NCBI RefSeq assembly: GCF_006345805.1
Contig: NC_043011.1
Span: forward strand, 31,508,464 to 31,572,463
DNA length: 64,000 nucleotides
Direction of reading: 5' to 3'
From: Octopus sinensis
Taxonomy: Eukaryota
Positions within the stretch are counted from its first letter, which is position 1, and every line of letters starts with the position of its first letter. Position numbers and translations under genes: made by a program. The notes under the pieces are model-generated. The model ran no database searches. It was not told where the DNA came from and was given only the letters and a program-made list of their open reading frames with translations. Of the stretch, positions 51,263-64,000 are shown one piece after another.

Positions 51263-51592
51263 TAAAAATTAACCTGCGCTGCCGTGACCAGGGATATGGA
51301 ACATAGTTTGAAACCGTAAATTCATCATAAATAAACCACGTTTTACGGGTGCTGTTTTATCTCCTCTCACCTCATTTGTATTGTTGTTTATATTTTGGTC
51401 AAGTGAATTGTCATACAGGATGTTACGCTCGTATTTCTCGCTCTTATGTTTTATGCAACTGTTACTGACTGCCAGTGATACAACACCACTATGATTTCAA
51501 TGTTAACCACTCATTGCAAGTAGCTGGCAGGGGATGGAAGCTTGTTAACATTCCATTCGTTTATCTTTCTAGGAGAATTTGTTTGTTTAGAT

Positions 51593-52415
51593 CAGTGGTC
51601 CTCAACCATTTTTTTTTTTTTTTGCCTTTTGACCCCTTTGATTACTATTCTGCTCTAGTGGACCCCCATGACCATTCGATGTTTAAAAACTAGTTTTATA
51701 GATACTTCTTTCTAAATTTCTATTTTGTCTTTTCACGCATTCATTTGTGAAGTTTGAACTATACTCTTTTACTCTTTTACTTGTTTCAGTCATTTGACTG
51801 TGGCCATGCTGGAGTACGCCTTTAGTCGAACAAATCGACCCCGGGACTTATTCTTTTATAAGCCCAGTACTTATTCTATCGGTCTCTTTTGCCGAACTGC
51901 TAAGTAACGAGGACATAAACACACCAGCATCGGTTGTCAAGCAATGCTAAGGGGACAAACACAGACACACAAACACATACACATACATACATATATATAT
52001 TTATATATACGACAGGCTTCTTTCAGTTTTCCGTCTACCAAATCTACTCACAAGGCTTTGGTCGGCCCGAGGCTATAGTAGAAGACACTTGCCCAAGGTG
52101 CCACGCAGTGGGACTGAACCCGGAACCATGTGGTCGGTAAACAAGCTACTTACCACACAGCCACCCCAAAATGTGAAAAAGTATTGTTAGTCGAGCAATT
52201 CGACCCCAGGACTTATTCTTTGTAAGCCTAGTACTTATTCTATCGGTCTCTTTTAGAGAAAGAAACCTAACTGTTTCTTGTGATAAATACATCTAAAGCA
52301 AAATTTATTCATGGACCGCTAAAATACAACTGTTGATCCCCAATTTACTATTTTGCTTCTACGGACCCCGAAAAATATTACATGGATCCTATGGGGCCCC
52401 GGTTGAGGACCACTG
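51593..52415. mobile_element. hAT-type MITE with nested SINE A
   Basis: Perfect 15-bp TIRs cagtggtcctcaacc / ggttgaggaccactg. 8-bp TSD gtttagat / gtttacat (7/8). Confidence 0.92.
51762..52165 (-). mobile_element. SINE family A
   Basis: Near full length, inside the hAT MITE. Confidence 0.92.
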
Positions 52416-52659
52416 GTTTACATAATTATAATCTGTTTCGGAAATGTAGCACAGTCATTTAATAATGTGAGATAGAAATCAAGCGTGGGTTATGTAAGAT
52501 GGTGAAGGGCGTGTAATGAGATGATGTGATCTCCCCACATTACTGCCGGCATACCGTAAGCACTTTTCGTATGTTTGTGCAAACAGACTGTGATATTTTG
52601 GCTGCTTTTCAATATTTTATAATTGGTAACAATGATTGTACCCAGTATACTGTTGGGGG

Positions 52660-52676
52660 GGGGCAAAGACACACAA

Positions 52677-52735
<59 letters not shown>

Positions 52736-52870
52736 GCTTCTTTCAGTTTCCATCTACCAAATCCACTCACAAGGCTTTGGTAGGCCCGAGCCTATAGTAG
52801 GTGCCACGCAGTGGGACTGAACCCGGGACCATGTGGTTGGTAAGCAAGCTACTTACCACACAGCCACTCC
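52660..52870 (-). mobile_element. SINE family A, 5' half
   Basis: Head plus microsatellite linker. Confidence 0.88.
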
Positions 52871-53594
52871 ACTTTATTTTTTAATCATTAACTGCTGATA
52901 TTAAAATAAGTAATGTATGGAAAAATTTAAATATTTTCTAGGGTGTGGGGGCATTTGTGACCCTCAAGGATCAAAGGGAGGGGGGGGCTTTGGCTAAAAT
53001 GGATTGAGAACTTTTGATATAAAGTAACTGAACTGTTGTTTGGCTGGTGAATTTCGATTAAAATGCATGGAGTCTTGTTCGCCTCTTCTGCCTCAGACTC
53101 TTGTTGTGTGGTCATAGAAGACTTGATAACATCAACTCTGAGGTATACTTGATGTTGTTTCGCAATTTTGATCTGCCGCTTCCGTCTTCGCATGGAGACC
53201 TGCGCATTGCATTGTGCATGCGGTTGCGCTTCTGTTTGATGTGGTCTAAAGAGTTTCTGCGAATGTTGCGCTTACCTTTTTTTAACTCACGTCTTGAATA
53301 ATTTGTTTCACTAATTTTTATTTTTATCTGACTTACCGAGTGTCGGAACTAAAGCAAAATAAAACATTTGAACGGAATGACACTTAGAATACTGAGAACT
53401 GTCTCGGTGATGATGAGGAAGAGAAGAAAGTGGAAAACACATCATACATAAATCAATTGGGAAATGAGAGCTGAATTGGTATAAAGTGAAAATTAAATTA
53501 TATTAAATTATCTCTTAGCTTATAGTCTTCTTGCTTATGAACGTCTATAAACAATGATGATAAGAGAGAGAAAGAGAGAGAGAATGTGATATAT

Positions 53595-54735
53595 ATGTGT
53601 GTGTATGTATGTATGTATGTATGTATGTATGTATGTATGTATGTATTATGTATGTATGTATGCATGTATGTATGTATGTATGTATATGTATGTATGTATG
53701 TCTGTATGTATGTATGTATGTATGTATGTTGCATGTATGTATGTATGTATGTATGTATGTATGTATGTATGTATGTATGATGTATGTATGTATGGTATGT
53801 ATGTATGTAGTATGCATGTATGTATGTATGTATGCATGTATGTATGTATGTATGTATGTATGTATGCATGTATGTATGTATGTATGTATGTATGTATGCA
53901 TGTATGTATGTAATGTATGTATGTATGTATGTATGTATGTATTATGTATGTATGTATGTGTATGTATGTATGTTGCATGTATGTATGTATGTATGCATGT
54001 ATGTATGTATGTATGTATGCATGCATGCATGTATGTATGTATGTATGATGTATGTATGTATGGTATGTATGTATGTATGTATATGTATGTATGTAGGTAT
54101 GTATGTATGCATGTATGTATGTATGTATGTATGTATGTATGTATATGCATGTATGTATGTATGTATGTAATGTATGTATGTATGTATGTATGAATGTATG
54201 TATGTATGAATGTATGTATGCATGTATGTATGTATGTATGTATGTATGTATATATGCATGTATGCATGTATGTATGTATGCATGTATGTATGTATGTATG
54301 TATGTATGCATGTATGTATGTATGTATGTATGTATGTATGCATGCATGTATGTATGTATGTATGCATGTATGTATGTATGTATGTATGTATGTATGCATG
54401 TATGTATGTATGTATGTATGTATGTATGTATGCATGTATGTATGTATGTATGTATGTATGTATGCATGCATGTATGTATGTATGTATGCATGTATGTATG
54501 TATGTATGTATGTATGTATGCATGCATGTATGTATGTATGTATGTATGTATGTATGTATGTATGTATGTATGTATGTATGCATGTATGTATGTATGCATG
54601 TATGCATGTATGTATGTATGTATGTATGCATGTATGTATGTATGTATGTATGCATGTATGTATGTATGTATGTATGTATGTATGTATGTATGTATGTATG
54701 TATGCATGTATGTATGTATGTATGCATGTATGTAT
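53595..54735. repeat. ~1.1-kb (TATG)n microsatellite
   Basis: Read directly. Interspersed TGCA and TTA variants. Confidence 0.98.
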
Positions 54736-54822
54736 GGCGCAGGAGTGGCTGTGTGGTAAATAGCTTGCTTACCAACCACATGGCTCCTGATTCAATCCCA
54801 CTGCGTGGCACCTTGGGGAAGG
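54736..54822 (+). mobile_element. SINE family A head only
   Basis: ggcgcaggagtggctgtgtggtaa..ccttgggga, then homology stops. Confidence 0.9.
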
Positions 54823-55170
54823 TGTAACAGAAATCAATACTTATACTTATATCGGCTACTCCGTAAATCTCAAGGAGCGCTTACGTAACCACTATTCTTC
54901 CTTTAGATTAAGGCATAGGGTTGGCAGGACGTCACTATCCACGAAGATTTGGGAGCTCAAGGACGACAATGTTAAATTCGATTTGAGTTGGGACATCATT
55001 AGGGTCGCTAAATTGTACTTAAGCAGCACATACGGGCGCAAGCTTTGCTGCATTGAGCTATTTTGAAATTTAAAAAATAGGGAAAATCGTCTAAATAATA
55101 AGCTAGACCTTCGTCTTTCCTGTATATACAAGGCTATCCGCACGTTTAAATATTTTAAGGACAATAAACA
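54823..55170 (+). pseudogene. GIY-YIG endonuclease remnant of a Penelope-like element
   Basis: TYTYIGYSVNLKERLRNHYSSFR..TSLSTKIWELKD..LSWDII..KLCCIELF*..RLNNKLDL..C matches the YIG..RxxxH..LSxxIWxLK..W..CxLC..E..LN pattern. Confidence 0.8.
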
Positions 55171-55744
55171 ACCTCTATAATAGCTCCTAATCTAGGGCCA
55201 ATCTTATTTACTCCCACTGTTGCTGACCCAATAGTCAATCTATCTACCTATTAGTTTCTGAGTCCTACTTGTCTCGTTTCCTTTTACCATTACTTTCTAA
55301 CGGCTCTTACTATACTTGCATGGTATCCTATATTGAACGAACTAGCCCTTCTCTCTGTGGTGTACCCAGTATTATGCAATAGCGTTAGCAAGGATATCTA
55401 ACCTAGAAGTAGCTGCCTGCACACCCTAGCCAGTTCTTTTCCAATTCTACTAGGTATGTAATTCTTACACCAAGATACAGTTATTTGAGCTGCGCTTGTT
55501 AAATAGTAGACAGAACACACTATCCAAACCTCTCACTCGCGACCATTGTCTGGAGTTGTTTTACCTGATTCACACTAAGGTGATTATACTATTTAAATAT
55601 TTTCCTTCAGCCACTCTAAATTATAATAGGTTTTAGGTATATTTTCCCTAAATTCGTTCTGCTACAATAATAGCAAAAAGGAAGTAATGTATTTTAGTCT
55701 CTAGTACTGAAGAAAATTTTGCCAAAAAAAAAATTTTATATGTT

Positions 55745-56160
55745 CTTTCTTTTATTCCTTTACATGTTTTAGTAATTTAACTGCGGCCATGCTGGAGCAT
55801 CTACTACAGGGGTTTTTAGTCGAACATATCGACCCCAAGACTTATATTTTTAAAGCCTAGTACTTATTCTATCAGTCTCTTTTGCGGAACTGCTTAATTA
55901 CAGGAACATAAACACACCAACACCGGTTGTCAAGCAGTGATGGGGTACAAACACAGACACAAAGACACACACATATACACACACATATACACACATAGAT
56001 ATATACATATACAGATAAACGACGGGCTTCTGTTCAGTTTCCGTCTACGAAATCCACTCGCAAGACACTGGTAGTCTCGAGGCTATAGTAGAAGACACTT
56101 GCTCAAGATGCCACGCAGTGGGACTGGACCTGGAAGCAAGCTCCTTACCACACAGCCACA
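55745..56160 (-). mobile_element. SINE family A
   Basis: Near full length, diverged. Confidence 0.88.
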
Positions 56161-56240
56161 CCAGCACACACACACTTACACACACGCGCGCCATTTATAC
56201 CAGCATATAAGACAAGTTTTTTTAATATTTTAAAATCTTT

Positions 56241-56705
56241 AAGGCGGCGAGCTGGCAGAAACGTTAGCACGCCGGGTGAAATGCGTAGCCGCATTTCGTC
56301 TGCCGTTACGTTCTGAGTTCAAATTCCGCAGAGGTCGACTTTGCCTTTCATCCTTTCGGGGTCGATTAAATAAGTACCAGTTACGCACTGGGGTCGATAT
56401 AATCGACTTAATCCGTGTGTCTGTCCTTGTTTGTCCCCTCTGTGTTTAGCCCCTTGTGGGTAGTAAAGAAATAGGTATTTCGTCTGCCGTTACGTTCAGA
56501 GTTCAAATTCCGCAGAGGTCGACTTTACCATTTCATCCTTTAAAGGTCGATAAATTAATTACCACATCCTTTAAGGGTCGATAAATTAATTACCACATCC
56601 TTTAAGGGTCGATAAATTAATTAGCAGTTGCGTACTGGGGTAGATCTAATCGACTGGACCCCCTCCCCCAAAATTTCGGGCCTTGCTCCTAGAGTAGAAA
56701 AGAAT
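56241..56705 (+). mobile_element. SINE family C dimer with an internal 31-bp triplication
   Basis: Head plus unit 1, junction gaaataggtatttcgtc at about 56468-56484, then unit 2 with catcctttaagggtcgataaattaattacca x3 (56534-56626). Confidence 0.9.
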
Positions 56706-57251
56706 ATTTTTTAATCTATCAAAAATTTGATCTGCGACTAATGCAGCTGTATCGCGGAAGGGAGACCGAATGACCGAATGTTGTAAGCTAGGGAGACGGT
56801 TAAGCATAAGTCTACTTGGTTATCTTGATGCAGTTTTCCACGCTTATTCCTATGAAGCTATGAACTTCTGGAGAAAAAAATTTGACACGCACAATTTTTT
56901 TTTTTTTTCAATTTGTGGTCTTGAAATACGGTCAGTCTGAATCTACCATTAATTTCTCTTTATAATTTCCAAGTTGATTTTTAAATACTTCAAAATCAAA
57001 ATTGCGTAAATAACGTGTGCCAGAAACAGTAGTTAAAAATTAAGGAAATAGATTTTTGGGAGATCTCTTATTGTGACTGACTTTTATTACATTCTTCTAA
57101 TATCTCCTGAAACATACATATACATGTATAAATGCATACAGAAACACAAATATATACACATACACATACATTTTTACAGATATCTAATTTCTTATAAATG
57201 GGAGAGAGATAGATAAAGATAGAGAGTAAGAGAAAGCGAGGGAGAGTCCGA

Positions 57252-58145
57252 GGGAACCACTAAGTTAATTTATTGATCATGATTGGAGAACCGCTAAGTT
57301 ATTTTATCGATATCCTTTGGCGAACCGCTAAGTTATTTTATCAATATCCTTTGGCGAACCGCTAGACCGCTAAAGTTTTTTTATCGATATCCTTTGGCGA
57401 ACCGCTAGTCCGCTAATTTATTTTATCGATCTACTTTGGCAAACTGCTAAGTTATTTTTATCGATCTGCTTTGACGAACCACTCAGATACTTTATCGATA
57501 ACATTTGTCGAAACGCTAGATTATTTTATCGATCCCATTTAGTGAACCGCTAGGTTATTTTATCGATCTCGTTTGGCGAACCGTCACGTTTTTTCTCGAT
57601 CTCCTTTGGCGAACCGCTAAGTTATTTTATCGATCACGTTTGCCCAACCGCTAGGTTACTTTATTGATCCCTTTGGCGAATTGCTAAGTTATTTTATCGA
57701 TCACCTTCGGCGAACCCTAAGTTATTTTATCGGCCACCTTTGGCGAACCGCCAAGGTTATTTCATCGTCTCCTTTGGCGAACCGCTAAGTTATTTTATTG
57801 AACACATTTGTCGAACCGCTAGGTTATTATATTGATCGCCTTTGGAGAACAGCTACGTTATTTTATCGATCCCGTTTGGCGAACGGCTAAGTTATTTTAT
57901 AGATCCTTTGGCGAACCGCTAAGTTATTTTATCGATATACCTGGGCGAACCGCTAGGGTTATTTTATCGATCCCTTTCGGTGAACCGCTAGATTATTTTA
58001 TAGCACACCTTTGGCGAACCGCAAAGTTATTTCATCGACTACGTTTGGCGAACCGCTAGGTTATTTTATCGATCCCGTTTGGCGAACCGCTAAGTTATTT
58101 TATCGATCTCCTTTGGCCAACCGCTAAGATATTTTATCGATCACG
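57252..58145. repeat. ~34-bp minisatellite, about 26 diverged units
   Basis: Consensus ttattttatcgatctcctttggcgaaccgctaag. Confidence 0.95.
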
Positions 58146-58769
58146 TATTTTTGATTTTGTTTGGCTCTATGAATTTAATTTTTTTTTAATGCATCTGTCC
58201 CTTGCTTGATACAGGAAATTGGAAAATTCTGGCCAAAACAGAGAAATTCTAACTTTTCCAAAGCCAAAAGACAGGTTTTGGATCTTTTCTATTTTGAGGC
58301 CAGTTTTTTCAAATTTTTCCTACTGAACCAAACAATTTGAAACTTCGTATACTGGTAGAATGTGTCAAAAGTAAACTTAATTGTAAACCAGAATGAAAAC
58401 GGAATTGTAACTTCTAAGTTTAACGTTGTTTAATAATTAGAATTTTAACCAATGATATTCCGTCATTCGGCTTTATTTTATTTACTCCGTCTCGACCACC
58501 AATTTCGTGACGTATTTAACATCTTAAATGTAAACAAGTCAGCCACCTTCTAATAACAATATTTAAAACTAGTTAATAAGCCACATGTATTAAATTGAAA
58601 ATGTTTCCATTCTGTATGTCTGCATGTATGTGTGTGTGTATGTATGTGTAAGTATGTGTGTGTGTGTATGTATGTGTGTGTGTGTATGTATGTATAGCCG
58701 ATTCATCGTAATTACGATGAATTGGCCATACATACATAGATACATACACACACACACACATACATGCAG

Positions 58770-59060
58770 ACATACATATACACATACACCGAGTAAAAAA
58801 TTTCAGTTATCTCTCTCTTTCACACATTACTCTCTCTGTCTCTTCACACACACTAACAGAAGCACTTCACTTACACAACATACTGTCTCCCACACCCCAT
58901 CAAACACACACACACACACACACATGTACATCAATGCTTCCCCTAGACGGTAACTTCAAAGACAAACTTCCCTCGTCATAAAATCGCTTCCTCTTAGTCT
59001 CTTTCGCTCTCATTACTTATGTAAAAAAATAAAAGTTTTTTACGGAAATCGACGGAAAAT
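58770..59060. mobile_element. Partial second copy of the 36612-37040 repeat
   Basis: Shared caccgagtaaaaaatttcagttatctct..cacggtaacttcaaa / gacggtaacttcaaa..tttttacggaaatcgac. Confidence 0.85.
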
Positions 59061-61409
59061 TTGTGCTACGACAACGCCGAAATTTAATATTAAAAAAGCA
59101 AAGAGCTGGCAGAAACGTTAGCACGCCGGGCGAAATGCGTAGCCGTATTTCGTCTGCCGTTACGTTCTGTATTTGTTTACAGTTTTCCGAACGTTAGTAC
59201 GTCACAAAAGCGCTTTCTACGTCACACTAATAGAATGCATTCAAGTTTTACACATGAAAACAAACAATCTGATTGGTTAAAATTCGCAGTTTTAATCTAC
59301 GATTAAAGTCATAAAATAGATTTTTCTCAAATAAACTAGTTCCAACCTGTGTCTTGTTTTGCTAGACTCTATCAGCATACGAAGTTTCAGATTATTTAGT
59401 TAAGTAGAAAGATCTGTGGTCCTGGCTTCAGAATAGAAAAGATCCCAGGTTTTTAGTTGGGGTGTAATTTTATAATTAAAACAAATTCAGAATTTAAATT
59501 TTAGAACATAAGACTTACTACGTTATCTGGTGTACGGTTGCAGTTCAAATGGGTACAAAGCCTAAAACAAATGTGTGTGTGGTGTGTGTGTGTGTGGTTT
59601 GATCTTTAATAGCCAGGGGTCAATTTAAGTTCAGTCGCAGAAAGGAATTCAAAATGGCAATACACGCAATCATATACGCACAAATATACCCATACATATA
59701 CACACATAACAAATACACACCTATCAGCTATTCCCAAAAGCCAGTTTGATCCAAAATTCTGACCACTATTCTTTATATACTTGCACACAAACACACACAC
59801 ACAAACACACACACGCGCTCACACACGCGCGCGCGCACGGCGCACACGCCCCCCCCCCCACACACACACATTCAGCTTTTCGCTTTTATTCATTACTTTT
59901 TTCTTTTAATCGTCTGTCACTATTCATCTGATTTTAGTTTTAGTTTTTGTTTCGGGGATTTCACTTTAGCGACACCAGTTACACATGGTATAAAGAATTG
60001 TACCATGTGTAACTGGGGTGGAATTGTACCATGTGCTTGGGGTGGAAAAAGTGCTTTTTAAGTTTTTGAAAATCTGAAACAAAATTGCATGTTTTTTTTA
60101 AAAACTGACTGTCGCAGAGATGTGAAAATATGGCTACTACTCGTTAATTTCAAATTAAACTTATCAAAGACGAGGGTCTTCCAGCGCCCCCTACCACACC
60201 CTAGCACCCCACAAGCCTCTTAACGCCCCTAGTGCCCCTTTGCTCCAAAACGCTTCTCTCGAGCTCCAAATAGACGTTGAGAACCTTTGCTTTATATAAT
60301 GAAGGACTTGATGTCATAGCACACCAATGCTTCTGCAGATGATCCACACCTACAAACTATTAAGCCAAAACGTTTAAATATGTACTTGAAATCACGCCTG
60401 TTATGGAATTTCAATTAGCTGATACAGATAAGCGAACAAACCTGCAATGGGATTGCCCTGATTATGAGTGACTAGGAGTTTAGAGAACGCAATATTGCTC
60501 TAAAACTTAGCCACAGCTACTTCAAGAGGAGAAATGTGAGATATAGATCAGAGGAAGCTCTTCAGTGTCCACTTATCTGTGTACATCAAGAAGACGGATA
60601 TCGCTTTGAAATTTCACACACTCGAGGAACAAAAACTGTTATGCATGGGATGTATCATAAAATTCAAGCTAAATTTCGCAATATAATGGTACGTCTATCA
60701 ACTTGAAATCTCCGTCAACTTCAACTTCCCCATAAATTTGACTCTATACTCTGTCATCCCCCTCCCAACGGCAATTGTTCCATTGTTATTTTTAAACTAA
60801 AAAAACTTTAAAATAGTAACCATATTTTAGCGTTAGGTTGTTTATGCATATACGTCATAGCTTCACAATAACTAATTCAGCTGCATGCAACAATTTCAAG
60901 ATTCATTCCATCAGTGCGCTGGTGGAGGCAGAAAGTTGGCTATTTATAATGACGCATCAAAAATAATGTCTTCAAATTTTGGCAAAAGGTTAGTCATTTT
61001 GAAGGGATGAGTAAAGTCTATTACAAAGACCCTAGCACACAACTGGTACTTATTTTATGAAAGGCAAAGTTGACCTTGGCAAAATTAGAAATGAGAGCAT
61101 AAAGAGCCGTAAGAAATGTCGCTAAGCAATTTGTTCGACGCGCAAACGATTCTGCATGGATTCATAATTTTATCTTAGAGATGACATAAAAAAAATGATG
61201 GAGCTAGAGGTACTGGTCAGTTGGGTAATTTGTCTTACCTGCTTTACACAAAGTCCAAAATAAATGCATGTACTCAGGATTTATGTTAGAACTTATGTAC
61301 GACTTTGATCTCTCAAGCACATTCATTTGATATACTGATCGGAAAGAGGTGAGTGAAGAACTTTTACCAGAACAGCCGAGTAAAGACCGACATAATTTAC
61401 TGGCTAGAG

Positions 61410-61845
61410 CAGTGGTTCTCAACCAGGGCCCATAAAGCCCAACCAGGGTCCATAAAGCCCAACCAGGGTCTATAAAGCCCAGCCAGGGTCCATAAAGCCC
61501 AACCAGGGTCCATAAAGCCCATCTAGGGTCCATAAAGCCCAACCAGGGTCCATAAAGCCCAACTAGGATCCATAAAGCCCAACCAGGGTCCATAAAGCCC
61601 AACCAGGGTCTATAAAGTCCAAACAAGGTCCATAAAGCCCAAACAGGGTCCATAAAGCATCAAATTTTACTAAAATTTATCTGAAATAAAATGCTTCTGT
61701 AATACACGATAAGTTTTAACAGTTTTTTTTTTAATATACGATTTCTAATAATATTTAATTATAGAGATATTGTAGGAGGGCCCAGCGCAGTAAAATAGGA
61801 ATCATAGAGGTCAATAGGTAAACAAAAAATGGTTGAGAAACACTG
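61410..61845. mobile_element. hAT-type MITE containing a 20-bp x12 minisatellite
   Basis: TIRs cagtggttctcaacc / ggttgagaaacactg (14/15). Array aaccagggtccataaagccc at 61421-61660. Degraded 8-bp TSD (5/8). Confidence 0.85.
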
Positions 61846-63249
61846 AGCTAAAATTTTCCATACGAAAGCTTTTCAAAATGATGCAACAGGATGCAACATG
61901 AATATCATAGGATGGGAGGAAAGAGACCTTTCGTTCACCCGCATTCACATCTGGCTAAATATTAGAATCCGACACAGTCCGATAGACAACATTACGTCAG
62001 CAAAGCCTCAGATCCTCTAAGCTACGCCTGACCAACTCGAATTACATTGCAGACCACCTTAATCATAGAAACTTTTTGAGGACTGCTTGCATACTTTTTG
62101 GACTAATAGTCAAATAATCAAATTACAGAATTAAAAATTTTTCATACTTTTCGCTTGTTTAAAATTATAAAATTGTAGGCTCTTGTTTTATTGCCACTTG
62201 TAAATTTTAAAAGATAGCAAAAATGATGTCCAATTAATACTTGCAAACTACATAGGCGTGCTACAAGAATAGAGCACTACAGACAGAATTGAAAATATTT
62301 TGCTTTCTCATGCTACTATTACAATAATGAATGAATGATCATTGATTCAACATGAAATATCATTGTCGCAAAAACCGCAGTATCTTACTTTTTTACTTCT
62401 TATTAAAATCTTTAATTTTCATAAAAATTTTTAAATGTTTGTTTAAATAAACCCATTTCAAGAAAGTATCAAGCAGGCCGCAAGATAAAAGTCTGTGGGG
62501 CCTCGGGTTGGCCAGCTCTGCTCTGAGCAAATAAAACCTTTTTTACACCATCAAGATACCAATAGATCATTGCCCATGCCAGCTCCGCTAGACCCCAAAT
62601 CTTCTTGCAGGAAAAATAATAAATGCGTCAAAAAGGTCTCTAAGAAGTACACTCAGACTCTCCATGAGAAGTGGTGAGGATGTTGAGATTGATAACTGAT
62701 GTATTGTACTTCACAGGCCACTGTTGTCAAATACCTTTAATGCACGTATCAACGTTGAGTTCAGTCACTAAGTGAAGCCAATTTAATATGTGTGCAAGTA
62801 AGTCAGAAGTGGTGCTGTTGCTGCTTGTGCTAATGCACTTTAAAAACAAAATCACAAGCGATGACGTGCTCAGTTTCAATCGAAAAGAGACATTTTAGCA
62901 GCATTTAAATATTCTGGTGCATTTTGGAATTACCAGTTGAAGAACAACACCTCTCCATCCGAACACTAAGAAGTCACCTTGGAAATAGAAAGTGTTTATT
63001 TTATTGAAAAAAAAATATTTCAATAACAAAAATACAACTCTGTATTTTTCAGTTTTTTTCGGGGAGTTTTTATACGTATTTTATTCAGATATAACATCTT
63101 TCTATACTTAGAATAAAAACAAGTTGAGTGGGTAGACAAGACATAGCGCTATAGAAGGCCGTTTTTAAATATGGAACTTTGACAAAAGTTAACACCGGTC
63201 ATCCAAGCAAGCTAGAGTGTATTTTACCATCGCATACCACTTTATAATG

Positions 63250-63680
63250 CTACAAGTATGAAGCTCGTTGGAGGATCTGCGAACTGTCCAGGGTCCAGTG
63301 TGCGACACATACAGAAAGGTATGTTTCAAACGAGACCTTTTTGAAACATACAGATAGGTATGTTTTAAACGAGACCTTTTTGAAGGTGATGCGCTGAAGA
63401 AGGCCACCATGACAGTAGTAACACTCTCGAAAGTAGCCATTTTGCTGTAGTATTTGAATCCACTTGTATTATAGTAAACTTCAAGCACCATAGTATGGAA
63501 ATTGGCTACACTGATATAAGTTTCATTTTGGTAATTAACGCTACTGAAGACAAAGTATTTTCTTTGGAAAGGTAAGAGCTTCCATCGTTTGTCCTTCCTA
63601 AGGTTAGAAGAAATCCGATCGGCAACATTCATGAAGGTCTACACGAGACAGTTTTTACAACATTGATGATATTCACCAAC
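63250..63680 (+). pseudogene. Helitron Rep/Hel linker-region remnant
   Basis: EDLRTVQGPVCDTYRKVCFKRDLFEGD matches the Helitron FEDLRTVNG..TFxEAC..GLLEDD motif. 39-bp tandem duplication at 63307-63384. Confidence 0.65.
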
Positions 63681-63857
63681 ATGTAACTATTAAACTATAG
63701 CTACTATATGACTAAAGAACTACACTCAATAATCATCCTCCATTTATTGGTGAAATATGATACAAATGAAAATGATCCAAGCAATATTTGTAAGGAATTG
63801 GGATGGCAAAGGTTCTGTGATGGTACTGTGGTGATAAATTGGGATGGCAAAGGTTCT

Positions 63858-64000
63858 GGCGGCGAGCTGGCAGAAACGTCGAAATGCTTAGCAGTATTTC
63901 GTCTGCCGTTACGTTCTGAGTTCAAATTCCGTCGAGGTCGACTTTGCCTTTCATCCTTTCGGGGTCGATAAATTAAGTACCAGTTACGCACTGGGGTCGA
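63858..64000 (+). mobile_element. SINE family C (runs off the window end)
   Basis: ggcggcgagctggcagaaacg head and ctttcatcctttcggggtcgataa domain. Confidence 0.92.

Noticed and set aside
57252-58145. CRISPR-like regular 34-bp periodicity (also the 20-bp array at 61421-61660)
   Set aside because: Units are contiguous with no unique spacers, there are no cas genes, the context is eukaryotic, and the unit derives from a SINE or MITE.
62717-62797. 81-nt segment with good splice signals (cttcacag| ... |gtaagt)
   Set aside because: All three frames contain a stop. It could only be a non-coding exon, and nothing else supports that.
63189-63632. 147-aa minus-strand ORF as a host gene
   Set aside because: It is antisense to the Helitron-like remnant and includes the 39-bp duplication; no recognisable domain.

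Overview
Eukaryotic, AT-rich, repeat-saturated window. The SINE families and microsatellite load point to an Octopus genome (inference, recognised by eye). I find no confidently supported host gene, rRNA, true tRNA gene or CRISPR array, so this is most likely intergenic or deep intronic DNA. Contents: (i) about 35 copies or fragments of at least 5 tRNA-headed SINE types, which I label A-E; (ii) an ~11 kb co-oriented cluster of deleted L1/Tx1-type LINEs at 3.2-14.5 kb; (iii) fragments of CR1, RTE, R4/Dong-type, CRE-type, Penelope-like and Helitron elements; (iv) mariner, Tc2/Tigger-type and hAT MITEs with visible TIRs and TSDs; (v) very long (TATG)n, (CA)n, (TA)n, (GA)n and trinucleotide tracts, which produce most ORFs in the track; (vi) a 100-N gap. 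The most interesting signals: a tRNA-headed SINE carrying a minimal hammerhead ribozyme whose inverted partial copy stops at the predicted cleavage site; a neighbouring Penelope-like repeat with hammerhead topology but a non-canonical core, again with a copy boundary at the predicted cleavage site; a SINE whose 3' tail matches the Tx1-type LINE 3' end; a SINE tetramer inside one 15-bp TSD; and a 34-bp minisatellite derived from a SINE segment. All protein-family calls come from motif recognition by eye, not database searches.
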